Source of the DNA: Phoronis australis
Lineage: Eukaryota; Animalia; Phoronida
Length of the DNA stretch: 64,000 nucleotides
Direction: 5' to 3'
NCBI GenBank assembly: GCA_002633005.1
Contig: NMRA01000479.1
Span: 193,690-257,689 of the forward strand
The translations under genes were made by a program, and so were the position numbers. This document shows, piece after piece, positions 25,301 to 36,273 of the stretch (position 1 is its first letter; each line of letters opens with the position of its first letter). The notes below the pieces were generated by a model. It was not told the origin of the DNA, searched no databases, and worked only from the letters and a program-made list of their open reading frames with translations.

Positions 25301-26664
25301 GACCTAAATGTCTTATCAAAATGCCCACGTGGACGACGTACCCCAGCCGGGATCCCGGGGATAGGGGTTTCCCTGCCTATTCTTTAGGTCACCATCAATG
25401 AAAGCGTAAACCAGGGCTAGGAACAACCTGCCCAATTTTTACATGTCAACATCAATGAAATGCCAGTGTGACCGGTGTACCCCCGTCGTATCCCGAAGAT
25501 AGGGGTAACCCTTGCCCATTTTTTAGGTCAACGTCATGTGGCCGGCGAACCCGGGGCCCTTCGTAACCGGGGGATAGTGAGAAAGTATTTGGCTAATTAT
25601 TTTTTTAAATGGCTAAAAATTTTCAGATGCTTTTGCCATTTTGGCCCTTTAAAAGTGTAGCGTGAGCCTAGGTTATGAGTAGGGATTAGCTGTTGGTTAA
25701 GGCTGTCAATTGTCTTTGGACAGATAACAAATGAGCGCAAGGATTTTACTGTGAATACTAAAATATCCATTTAAATCAAACTGCATTTTGAAGGCATGAT
25801 ATCCTGAAAAGAAGGCATAATATTCACTAAAAAGAAAAGGTCTCTAGGGTGCTGGATGTATCACCTAACAGCGCTTTCACAGTGTTAACTCTCTTCATTG
25901 AGAATCAGTTTCATGTTTGCTTTATTCAGCGTTGGATTTTTGTTTTGGTTGGTGTTTGAAGACATTTCCCTGGGTAGGCTTGGTATAATGAAATGCATTA
26001 AGTTTTCATGTGGCTGACTGGTTATTAATCCATTGTCAGGAGACTATGAGTAACTGAGATAGGAGACTAAGCACATATAACTAGTGCTAGAATGGATTAT
26101 CTTTCATTGTGATTAGTTTTGATGGTTAGTGCAGTTAAAGCTGTCTAGTTTGCAGCAAACCTTCAGAGGTTCTTGAGGTTGTGATTAACCGCATAAGGAA
26201 TTAAAATGACAGGCACTTCAGTTACACTGCTGACATTTTTTGATGATTTTGCTCTCAATTTTGTGTGCCTTATATAAACAGTGTGCACTGTTTTATTGGT
26301 ATCTTGGATGATTGGAAAAATCTTAGTAACCCAAAGTGAAATAATTTTGCTTATAAAGACAAGAATAAAAATGTTGTGTGTTACCTTATAAGTGTTGGAG
26401 ATGTTTGGGATGACTTGGGACACATTCGCCGATAAATGTTGGTGCCACCAGTAACACAATGACTATGTGCGCAGTGACATTTTTCACTTCTTACTTAATT
26501 TATAATCAAATTATTACAATCCCAAGACAGTTAGTGAACTCTACCTTTGCCTGCCGATGGGGGTGCAGATGCGAGAGTGTCGCGAGTACGCAAGAACACC
26601 AAGAGTTAGCGAAATATGAACAAATATGGCATGCGAAGCAGATCACATTAGCTTTCATTGTGAG

Positions 26665-26940
26665 ATTATTGGGTATACGATGTATACCGGACAGCAACAA
26701 GGAATTATTGGGTCTGCGATGTATACCAGACAGCAACAAGGAATTATTGTGTCTACGATGTATACCAGACAGCAACAAGGAATTATTGGGTCTACGATGT
26801 ATACCAGACAGCAACAAGGAATTATTGGGTCTACAATGTATACCAGACAGCAACAGGGAATTTATTGGGTCTACAATGTATACCAGACAGCAACAGGGAG
26901 TTATTGGGTCTGGGATGTATACCAGACAGCAACAGGGAAT
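26665..26940. repeat. 39-bp tandem repeat, ~7 copies
   Basis: ATTATTGGGTCTACGATGTATACCAGACAGCAACAAGGA units. Confidence 0.92.
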
Positions 26941-27729
26941 GTTTTAAGTGTAGTGAAGTGTGGTTACAAGCATGTGTAGCATTAGTTTGTGTATATGAGT
27001 TATGGTACAGAACTAAGAATTTTGCGGGAGAATGGACACTTGCGCAACATAGCACAAGGACACATTGTCTCTGTAACTATTGGGTGTGCGCCGCGCCATT
27101 TGTGCAAGGGGTTTTTGCTGTTAAACACGCAACAGCGTTCTTATCCCAACGTGTACTACCCAGAAGGCATTACCATCTGTACAACAAAAACTGAACGATG
27201 TTTGAATTGCAACAGATTTTTAATGAAAATATTTTGTTTCAACACAAAAACTACAATGTCAGATGCATTGAATGTTGCGAATTGTGTATGAAGTCGGTGG
27301 TGACTCGTTCCTTACTACTTAAAACTGTCTCATTCAAGATTATTAAGCTATCCCAGAGTGCGACGGGCAAAAATTGTGTTCAACAATAGTTAATGGGACT
27401 GCAGAGCAGCATAAAGCCTCCCGTGCACGACGCAGCTTCAGCCGGGCACATGCAGTGCGTGACCTAGTTATCCATTCTCGCTTTGCAACCAGCTCTGCTT
27501 TGGCTGTATCTCATTCAGCTGCTGCCAATTACTCTCTATATTACTTTAAACGTGTGATATCTGACAGGCAGACATGGCTGTATTGTGCAAGCAGCATGCT
27601 TTGATTAAAAACCAAAATGAAACCAGAACACAAGTCAGTCGCGCTACAACAAAAAATTCCAGGCTTCGGTGTATTTTCCATTTGCATTTTCATCAGAAAT
27701 TTTCCTTGTGTGAGACTCGGTGATTATTT

Positions 27730-28045
27730 TCTAAGATAAAGCGCAAAACAAGTTAAACGCAATATAGACTCAAGAAACATTTGAGTTACATTCATATCGT
27801 TAAGATAAGGTAAAAATTACATAGCCATTGAAAACTCAGGTGGCATGAGAGTTGCGTTGATCTGAATTTAGTGTTTCCAACACATTTTTCCTTGTCCGAA
27901 ATTCATGTGACAGAAATCCGATATTTATGACATTGTCTGAAATCTGTGGACGATTGAAGCACAGTTTTTGCCCTTGTACACATTTGGTGGACCATGGAAA
28001 ACTCATTTTGGAAATATTCATTCTTGTCTCAAAATGGGGGGGTCT
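27730..28045 (+). mobile_element. Fragment of a dispersed repeat also present at ~40185-40545
   Basis: Shared AAGGTAAAAATTACATA, GGCATGAGAGTTGCGT, GACAGAAATCCGATATT and ATGGAAAACTCATTTT. Confidence 0.7.
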
Positions 28046-28767
28046 CCAGAAATCATGCGGCTTTTGGAAACATTGGAGTAGTTTCTTCAAGTGCGGACAT
28101 TCACAGATGCATCAGAGTTTCTTCAAAATCAGACAAGCTCAAAAACAGAAAAAATGGATATTTTAAACGTCTGAAATCAGATTTTACTGTACTTATTATA
28201 TTGTTAACAAAACTTGAAGAGTCTAGTATCTAAAAACTTGAGAAGAAGCATTTTGACGGAATGCACTCCTTGACCTGTTTCTGGTCTTTCCGGTGCATTG
28301 TAGATTATTCAAAACTCTTACATTATAATCAGTAAAAATCAATTGGTCATTGTATCAACCGCAACGAATATGATTGTTGTCAGCAAATCTGTGTAAGAGT
28401 AATAACAATCTGAAAAGGAAGGAAGCATATTAAAGGCAAAGGCAACCTTCTTCCATGTCATTTTGAGCTAAAATAAGGTTGGTTGGTTATCCTAGACATA
28501 TTTTCCACTTAATTACAGCTTTTCGTATTTTTTCAAATTACTCGTCCGCTACTCTGGAAGTGACGTTTTAGGAGGCAAGCGTTTCCCGCCACTTGGTTTT
28601 GCGTTGACTTTACCGTGCGAATCTGTTCTATTCTACTTTTGTTTTGTGCTGTTTTTCAACAATTGTCGCCACCACTTTCCATCGGCGAGTATTCTGCGGC
28701 AAGATAGGTTAGTAGAGAACTCAACTAGGTTGGATTTAGGGATTGTTTAGTGTGTTGTAAGCTGAAA

Positions 28768-29163
28768 ATGGCTGGAGTCGGTGACCCGTATCACAGTGAC
28801 AGTAGTGTGAGTGACGGAGACCTTGTTCACAGCAGTGGTGACGAGGAATTTTTTCACGGACATTCAGTGGGTGGGTACATGTTTGAGCCCGAGTATAACG
28901 AGGCAGAGTACGCACAGGCACAGGCAGCTGTTGAGAGAAACGAGGCGGCTACTGAGGACAGACGTGGTGACACATCTTGGTGCAAATGCACTGTGTGCGT
29001 TGTTATGCCTACCTCAATGGAATGCTTGTGCTGTTCAGAGTTCGACGAGGCCAAGCCACTACTGGACATGGTTAAGTGGACCTCCGGCATACCACGGACA
29101 GAGGAACAACTGTCCCACTTGCCAGAGTGTCCCGCGACACACTCCCACTGGATGGTGACCTGA
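28768..29163 (+). CDS. Truncated KolX-like protein (Cys-rich, P2X7-ballast/Nanor-like Zn motif); genuine part ends ~29070
   Basis: GYMFEPEY...WCKCTVCVVMPTSMECLCCSE. Beyond ~29072 the frame runs into antisense transposase sequence. Confidence 0.75.
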   Translation: MAGVGDPYHSDSSVSDGDLVHSSGDEEFFHGHSVGGYMFEPEYNEAEYAQAQAAVERNEAATEDRRGDTSWCKCTVCVVMPTSMECLCCSEFDEAKPLLDMVKWTSGIPRTEEQLSHLPECPATHSHWMVT

Positions 29164-29861
29164 GCACCCAAACTGCTTACATCGTGTCGTGTGACTCCCT
29201 CGCCACACACCTGGCACCTTCTAAATAGCTCCAACACTTTAGACAAGTCCACAATAAACTTATCAAAGTTTGGCTCACCGATCTGTTCACTGGACGACGA
29301 ACTGTCCTCTTCACTGGGTGTCGAACTGAGCCTGTAATCACTCCCACTACTCAATATCGCTGCAGGGCTGCTTAGAGGCTCTGGGCTGGAGAAAACAGCA
29401 CAGGGCGAATCACTACTGGTTCCAGGAATTGCACGCTCTGGGGTACGTTCGGAGGCACGGGTGACAGTAGATGAAGTGCCTCCACTGGCTCCAGTCACTG
29501 TACTGGCCACAGCTCGCGAGGCTTCTCGCTTCAAAAACGCACTTCTCGGGGGTGGCGACGGGGCACTGCCGGGAATCAACACAGACGGAATGGCATCCTT
29601 CTTCAGGCGTTGTTTCGCAGGGACCTTCATCAGTTCAGCGTACAAATCCCTTTCGTAATCGGACGGCAGAAAGTGCTTGCCACACACACGGTAATTCTCC
29701 ACTGCTTTGTACGTTGCGTGGACGGGTAACGCTGCGTTCTTCACACGAACGAGCCAAGTACGGCGAAGTGTGTCATCCATCGGAAAGCGATGCAAAGGTA
29801 CTCCCAAAGCGCGCGTGAGCCGATAATTACTACATCCCGGTACGCAGCAACAGTGTGGCAT
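28854..29861 (-). CDS. Truncated Kolobok transposase (THAP + Ser/Pro linker + CxxC...CxxGH); genuine part ends ~29072, no DDE domain
   Basis: MPHCCCVPGC...LHRFP...W...RVCGKHF...LKKDAIPSV; FIVDLSKVLELFRRCQVC...WECVAGHSGKWDS; open for 335 aa. Confidence 0.85.
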   Translation of the reverse strand: MPHCCCVPGCSNYRLTRALGVPLHRFPMDDTLRRTWLVRVKNAALPVHATYKAVENYRVCGKHFLPSDYERDLYAELMKVPAKQRLKKDAIPSVLIPGSAPSPPPRSAFLKREASRAVASTVTGASGGTSSTVTRASERTPERAIPGTSSDSPCAVFSSPEPLSSPAAILSSGSDYRLSSTPSEEDSSSSSEQIGEPNFDKFIVDLSKVLELFRRCQVCGEGVTRHDVSSLGAQVTIQWECVAGHSGKWDSCSSVRGMPEVHLTMSSSGLASSNSEQHKHSIEVGITTHTVHLHQDVSPRLSSVAASFLSTAACACAYSASLYSGSNMYPPTECP

Positions 29862-30283
29862 GTTGACTGACTAGTAAATGAAAGCGAACGACGACGGAAC
29901 TTAACACAACCGAGGTAGAACAATGACTGACTCGGCAGCTCTCACAGTCAGACTATGTGAAAAGAAATTGGCGGGAAGCGCTTGCCTCCTAAAACGTCAC
30001 TTCCGGAAAAGCGGACGAATAATTAATAAAATTACGAAAAGCTGTAATTAAGTGAAAAATATGTCTAGGATAACCAACCAACCTTATTTTAGCTCAAAAT
30101 GACATGGAAAAAGGTTGCCTTCGCCTTTAAGAGAGCCACGCCCTTGCAGCAGTAACACAAAAAACACAAATGCTGAGAGCAGTCTCTGATTGGCTGATAT
30201 GTCAGTGGTTGACAGGGCATCGACTGCTTATCACATATTTCTGCTCCATATTGGGCCATTGAGTGGATAGAGTTTACTTTGCG

Positions 30284-31880
30284 TTTTTATGCGCCCACAT
30301 ATTTATATGTGGACGCATTATGCCGTCATCTCCGTCCGTCCGTCCGTCCGTCCGTCCGTCCGTCCGTCCGTCCGTCCGTCCGTCCGTCCGTACGGGCGGC
30401 GTCCGTCCGGCGTCCGGCGTCGGGCGTCCACTGCTCTGTCTCCAAAACCCTTTGACATATGTTCATGAAATTTGGCACATATGTTCCATTCATGAAAGGG
30501 ACGGCATGTGCGAACTTTCGGACGGATCCGACTACCGGTGTGCCCCCTAGTGGCAATTTTAGTTTTTTACGCTTACCTTTGTATCTTCAAAAGTCCTGAA
30601 CGGATTTTCGTGTAATTTGGTATGTAGGCACCTATTAGTGAGCTGACGCTATCCTCCCGTTTTCAGATGGATTCGAAATAGTTTGCGCCACCTAGTGGCC
30701 ATTTTTAGTGTTTTCGAGTCTGTATTTTTGCGTCCACCCCTCTATCAACCAAACCGCTCAAAGGATGATTGTGAAAATTGGCATGTATGTGCTTACTATA
30801 AAGAGGACAGCTGACAATGATTGTCAGACGATTTGGACTACTGTGGCGCCTCCTAGTGGCAGTTTGTTTTTTTTTGCGCCTTGGGCTGTATCTCCTAAAC
30901 CGTTCGCAGGATCTTTACGAAATTGTGTAAGTATATTTATATGATGTGAACAACGGAAGATGACGACTTTTGGACGGATCCGACTACCGGTGTGCCCCCT
31001 AGTGGCAATTTTAGTTTTTTACGCTTACCTTTGTATCTTCAAAAGTCCTGAACGGATTTTCATGAAATTTGGTATGTAGGCACCTATTAGTGAGATGACG
31101 CTATCCTCCTGTTTTCAGATGGATTCGACATAGTTTGCGCCACCTAGTGGCCATTTTTACTGTTTTCGAGTCTGTATTTTTGCGTCCACCCCTCTATCAA
31201 CCAAACCGCTCAAAGGATGATTGTGAAAATTGGCGTGTATGTGCTTACTATAAGGAAGACAGCTGACAATGATTTTCAGACGATTTGGACTACTGTGGCG
31301 CCTCCTAGTGGCAGTTTTGTTTTTTTGCGCCCATGGCTGTATCTCCCAAACCGTTTGCAGGATCTTTACTAAATTTAGCAAGTGTATTTATGTGATGTTG
31401 ACAACGGACGATGACGACTTTAGGATGATTCTGATTACCGGTATGCCTCTAGTGGCAATTTTAGTATTTGCCTCTAGTGGCAATTTTAGTATTTTACATT
31501 GACCTCTGTATTTTCATAGGTCTTCAGGTGTATACTTTGTGTTACTTCGTGACTGTGAAGGAAAAGTTCCAAGTAGAAATTTGTTTCTGGCATTCTAATG
31601 CTGTGCTAATCTCGTATGGTGGTAAATTTGTTTTTAATTCTATGTTTCTGTGGTGCTTTAAGCAACTGGTGTATAGGATGTGCTTGTATTATGAAGATTA
31701 CTCGCATTTTGCCCCTAGCCTATTGAGGAGACAAGGACCATGCCTTTCCATTTTGCAAAGTACAACATACTACATATATGCCCTCTACTGGCCACTTTAT
31801 GGTACCAATAAACAGCCCTAGAAGGATACCATATGCGGTGCAATTGTGGGCGCATTTCAACGCTCTGCGTTGCTCTTGTT
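30284..31880 (+). mobile_element. Helentron-type non-autonomous element (HINE/DINE-1-like), family A
   Basis: 5' TTTTTATGCGCCCAC subTIR with nearby inverted copy, (CCGT)n microsatellite, ~452-bp internal tandem units (30521, 30973, ~31424), 3' GTGGGCGCAT + hairpin CAACGC..GCGTTG + CTTGTT. Confidence 0.85.
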
Positions 31881-31934
31881 AATGTTTTTATCTGCAAAGT
31901 CTATACCCAGACTCTCAGTCTCAAAATGTCATGT

Positions 31935-32280
31935 CATTTGGCTCACTAATGATTGGATCTAAAAACTGTCATTTAGTTCACTAACTATTGGACCAACAAA
32001 CTGTTATTTGGCTCACAAACTATAGGACCAACTAACTGTTATTTGGCTCACAAACTATTGGACCAAACTTACATTTTGCTCACTAACTGTTGGACCAAGA
32101 AACTCACTTGAATCACTAAGTATTGGACCAACAAACTCATTTGAATCACTAAGTATTGGACCAACAACTTCGCATTTTGCGCACTAACTATTGGACCAAC
32201 AAACTGTTATTTGGCTCACAAACTGTTGGACCAACAAACTGTCATTTGGCTCACTAACTATTGGACAAACAAACTGACAC
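31935..32280. repeat. ~33-bp tandem repeat, ~10 copies
   Basis: TTTGGCTCACTAACTATTGGACCAACAAACTGT units. Confidence 0.85.
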
Positions 32281-33210
32281 TGCTTTTTCTGGACCATTTA
32301 TTACTACAGTGAAATATCACTAATCATAAACAAAAACTAAAATTTCCAAAACTTGCCTTTTCTTCATTTTTCAAGGTCTTCTAACATTATTGTGATTGCC
32401 CACATTTTTTTTTCAAAATATTGTCTGATGGTAGCTATGGTTACAGAGCTTGAACATGATGAAGCATCAGTTTGGTGCGACATATTTCATTGAAATAAAC
32501 CTAATATAAAATGTTCACTTGGCGATCCTGTTGTGTCCTAAATTAGTGATATTTTACCCTCCACTAAATCAGTATACTCATAACATGAAAGGCTTGAGAG
32601 TCAGCAGTTATAGTTAAACCTTTAATTTTGAATAGTTAAAAATTTTTTACTGACAAAAGGAAATGTGTTTCAGAAATTCAAAATTTTGTTTGTACCACAT
32701 CCAGAATTTAAGAATAGGAGTTATGCGACGTGCAGTTCTTAGTATTGTAGGACCACAAAATATATTGTTTGACCCAGTTTCAAATTGCGGTGGTCAAGAC
32801 GGCAGAGTTAACATACAAAACTCGAATTTAATGACATAAGACACAAATCATGTGAACAGTTAAATTTTTGTGTCAAAATCTTCATGGTGGTGTTAGATGT
32901 TTACGCACAAAATCAAAATATCGTGCTACTATCTGATGAGACATCAAATATCTCTTTGTTATCACTATATAGGAAGATGGCTCTTGGTGTGTAATTTGGC
33001 TTATTTATAGAATATAGGATTGTAAAGGACTTACTTTTCTAGGTTAATTTCTGTTGCGTGCTGTCAGGCCAGTGAAGATGGATGAGTTTGGGTTAAGATA
33101 TATTAGCTACGTGAGATGACATCTTAATCACAATTTTACTTGCTGTTATTAATTGCTATTTCGTACATTTACATGGCCATATGATCTCTGCTCTCCCCGC
33201 ATATACTCAG

Positions 33211-34571
33211 TTTTATGCGCCCACATATTTATATGTGGACGCATTATGCGGTCACCTCCGTCCGTCCGTCTGTCCGTCCCGCGTCCGCTGCTCTGTCTCC
33301 AAAACGCCTCGACGTATGCTCTTGAAATTTTGCACATGTGTCTCTTCCGTGGATGGGACAGCATATGCGAACTTTCGGACGGATGCGAATACTGTGGTGC
33401 CCCCTAGTGGCAATTTCATTTTTTTTCGTTTACCTCTGTGTCTTCAACAAAAGTCCTGAACGGGCAAACTTGAACTAGAAACTCCTATGCATAAACTATA
33501 ATGTATTCGAGCACAGTTTGATAACCAATTATCTTAAGTTCGCACAAAAGGAGCAGAGAAATTGCAAAAATAGTTTCGAGTTCGTTTTGAGTACAAAGAT
33601 TAGAGACCGGGCCCTAGTTTGCGCCACCTAGTGGCCATTTTTACTGTTTTCGAGTCTGTTTTTTGGTGTCCACTCGTCTATCAACCAAACCGCTTTCAGG
33701 ACAATTGTGAAAATTTGCATGTATGTTTTTACTATTAAGTGGATGGCTGATGACGACTTTCCGACAAGTTCGACTACTGTGGCACCTCCTAGTGGCAGTT
33801 TTGTTTTTTTGCGCTCATGGCTGTATCTATTAAACCGTTTGCAGGATCTTTACTTAATTTAGCAAGATAATGTTGACAATAAATGATGACGACATTCGGA
33901 TGGATATGAGTAGTGGTGTGTCCCCTAGTGGCAATTTTAATTTTTTATGTTTACCAGTGTATCTTCAAGGTCCTCAACAGATTTTCATAAATTTTGAATA
34001 TAGGCATCTATTTGTGAGATGATGCAATCGTCCTGTTTTTTGATGGAATCCAGGTATTTTGCACCACCTGATGGCCATTTATTCTGCTTTCAAATCTTGT
34101 ATTTGGCATCCACCCCTCGATCAACCAAATCATTCTAGGGATGGTTTTGAAAATTGGTGTACATGTTTTCAGTGTGAAGAGGACGTTTGATCATGGCGAC
34201 TGACTACTGTGGCACCTCCTAGTGGTAGTTTTGTTTTGTTTTGTGCCCATAGCTGTATCTCCAAAACCCACTGCAGGATCTTTATTAAATTTAGTAAGTG
34301 AATTTATATGAAGATAACAGACGACGACTTTCAGGCAGATGGAAAGGACGCTGTGCCCACAAGTGGCAATTTCACTTTTTTCTGTTTTTGTTTGTTTCTC
34401 TGAAGTTCCTTGACAAATTTTTATGAAATATGGCATGTTCCCGTTTTTGGATGGATTGTACGTTTTTGCGCCATCTAGTGGCCATTTTTATGATACAAAT
34501 AAATAACCCTAAAAGCACACCATTTGCGATGCATTCGTGGGCGCATTTCAATGCTCCGCGTTGCTCTTGTT
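33211..34571 (+). mobile_element. HINE family A copy
   Basis: Same 5' and 3' terminal structure as 30284-31880; contains a foreign segment at ~33463-33614. Confidence 0.85.
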
Positions 34572-34796
34572 ACTAATGTTGGCAATTTGGGGCCATTTAT
34601 TCAGAGAACGAACAGTCATTGCACATGGCATGTGTATTTTTATTTGAATCCACTGTTCTTAACAGGTACCATAATGACAATTTAAGTTATTCTTAATCGG
34701 CATATGGAATGTGATCAAAAAAGGGCTTGAGAAGCCCATATAAAAATCATGTAGTGTAGAGTATCATATAGTGATTCTGTTCCATTACATGTGCAG

Positions 34797-34934
34797 CAAC
34801 CTCACAGACACCCCTACTAGGTCAGCCTCCCGTCGCCTCACAGTTCATCCTAGCTGGACAGATGGCAGCACAAAACGCAGCAGCAGCTGCAGCAGCTGTT
34901 CCACTACAACAACTGTTGATTGCTGTTTCCACAG
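34797..34934 (+). CDS. POU6: POU6 coding exon (N-terminal low-complexity region)
   Basis: AG/GT bounded, phase 1-1; TSQTPLLGQPPVASQFILAGQMAAQNAAAAAAAVPLQQLLIAVST; joins in frame to 37459. Confidence 0.7.
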
Positions 34935-35014
34935 GTAAGTTGGCTCACTCCACAGGTAAATTGGCTCGCGCCACAGGTAAGTTGGCTTGCTGCCCAGGTA
35001 AGTTGGCTCGCTCC
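34929..35014 (+). repeat. 21-bp tandem repeat containing four splice-donor consensus sites
   Basis: CCACAGGTAAGTTGGCTCACT-like units; GT at 34935, 34956, 34977 and 34998. Confidence 0.9.
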
Positions 35015-36006
35015 ACGCTTGCCACACAAACTCGTACCTGCTTATCGTATATGTATGTGTTTAGGCCATGTGCTTGTGTCTGAAATAATGCCCTTCTTTT
35101 TCAACAAAGTGTTCACATACAGGCACATGACTAGCTTTGCTTGAGGGGTCCCCCTGAAGGGGGGGGGGTCCCTTGAAGGCATCTATGCCTTGAAAGGACA
35201 TTTTGGGACTTTTGTTTGTAAAGCAACAAAGTTGTGTTTTTTGTGATTTTACTACAAGTCAACAATTCTCGTTGTCTGTCAGACATTCACTGAAATCAAG
35301 GGATGTGTTTACCATTGACTTGCGCTCAAAAAATATGTATGTGGTATTTAATACAATTCAGCACTATAACATTTAGCTGCTACTATGCAGTCANCTCCAC
35401 GCTTGCCACACAAACTCGTACTTGCCTATCGTATATGTATGTGTTTAGGCCATGTGCTTGTGTCTGAAATAATGCCCTTCTTTTTCAACAAAGTGTTCAC
35501 ATACAGGCACATGACTAGCTTTGCTTGGGCGGTCCCCCTGAAGGGGGGGGTCCCTTGAAGGCATCTATGCCTTGAAAGGACATTTTGGGACTTTTGTTTG
35601 TAAAGCAACAAAGTTGTGTTTTTTGTGATTTTACTACAAGTCAACAATTGTCGTTGTCTGTCAGACATTCACTGAAATCTAGGGATGTGTTTACCATTGA
35701 CTTGCGCTCAAAAAATATGTATGTGGTATTTAATACGATTCAGCACTATAACATTTAGCTGCTACTATGCAGTCAGTGAGTTTGATTACACTCTTGTCCT
35801 GATTTCAATCTGTAAAATTACTTTTCTCAATTGCTAATGTTTGTATATTTTCATTTACTTTGATCTTGCATTGAAAACATTCATCCCTTATCTACTTGCC
35901 ATCTAATTGTTTTATGGCTGAAAATTGCATTTTTGAGATTAATGTTTGATATGATAATTTTATTGTTTGATACAATGGTCTTCTTGGCGTTGTTAGCTTT
36001 GACCAG

Positions 36007-36273
36007 GGGTCTGTTTCATGAAAACTGACTTAAGACTTAAGACAGAATTTTGGCCGTATATTCCACATATAAGTATTTCCAAAAAATAAATCTCACTTGA
36101 CCAAAACTACAGTTCGAGAATAAACACATAACTGCTTGTTACAGAGATAATTTCCATGAATTATTTCTAGACTGTGATACACTCATAATTACTACACTAA
36201 ACTTTTTTCATCAATTATGAAGGAGAGTCTAAGACCAAAATTTCTGTCTTTAACCACTTCATGGAACAGATCC
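36007..36273. mobile_element. PIF/Harbinger-like MITE
   Basis: TIR GGGTCTGTTTCATGAA / TTCATGGAACAGATCC, 3-bp CAG duplication, internal inverted AAGACAGAATTTTGG. Confidence 0.65.

Larger units (their letters stand above)
28434..30126. mobile_element. Kolobok family A, internally deleted, young
   Basis: TTAA TSD (28430-28433, 30127-30130); ~160-bp TIRs starting AGGC(A/G)AAGGCAACC; convergent KolX (+) and THAP transposase (-) 5' halves. Confidence 0.92.

Noticed and set aside
26459-27194. Overlapping ORFs with CIPDSNKELLGL / MYTRQQQGIIGS repeats
   Set aside because: Produced by a 39-bp tandem repeat.
28768-29070. Possible host P2X7 receptor gene
   Set aside because: Only the Cys-rich motif is present, with no transmembrane or ectodomain exons, and it lies between Kolobok TIRs; interpreted as KolX.
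31935-32280. Regularly spaced ~33-bp repeats suggestive of a CRISPR array
   Set aside because: Head-to-tail units without unique spacers, no cas genes, eukaryotic context; the same applies to the other minisatellites.
35010-35776. Near-identical ~383-bp direct duplication (35010-35393 vs 35395-35776)
   Set aside because: The copies are separated by a single N, typical of overlapping contig ends or haplotypes; likely an assembly artefact.
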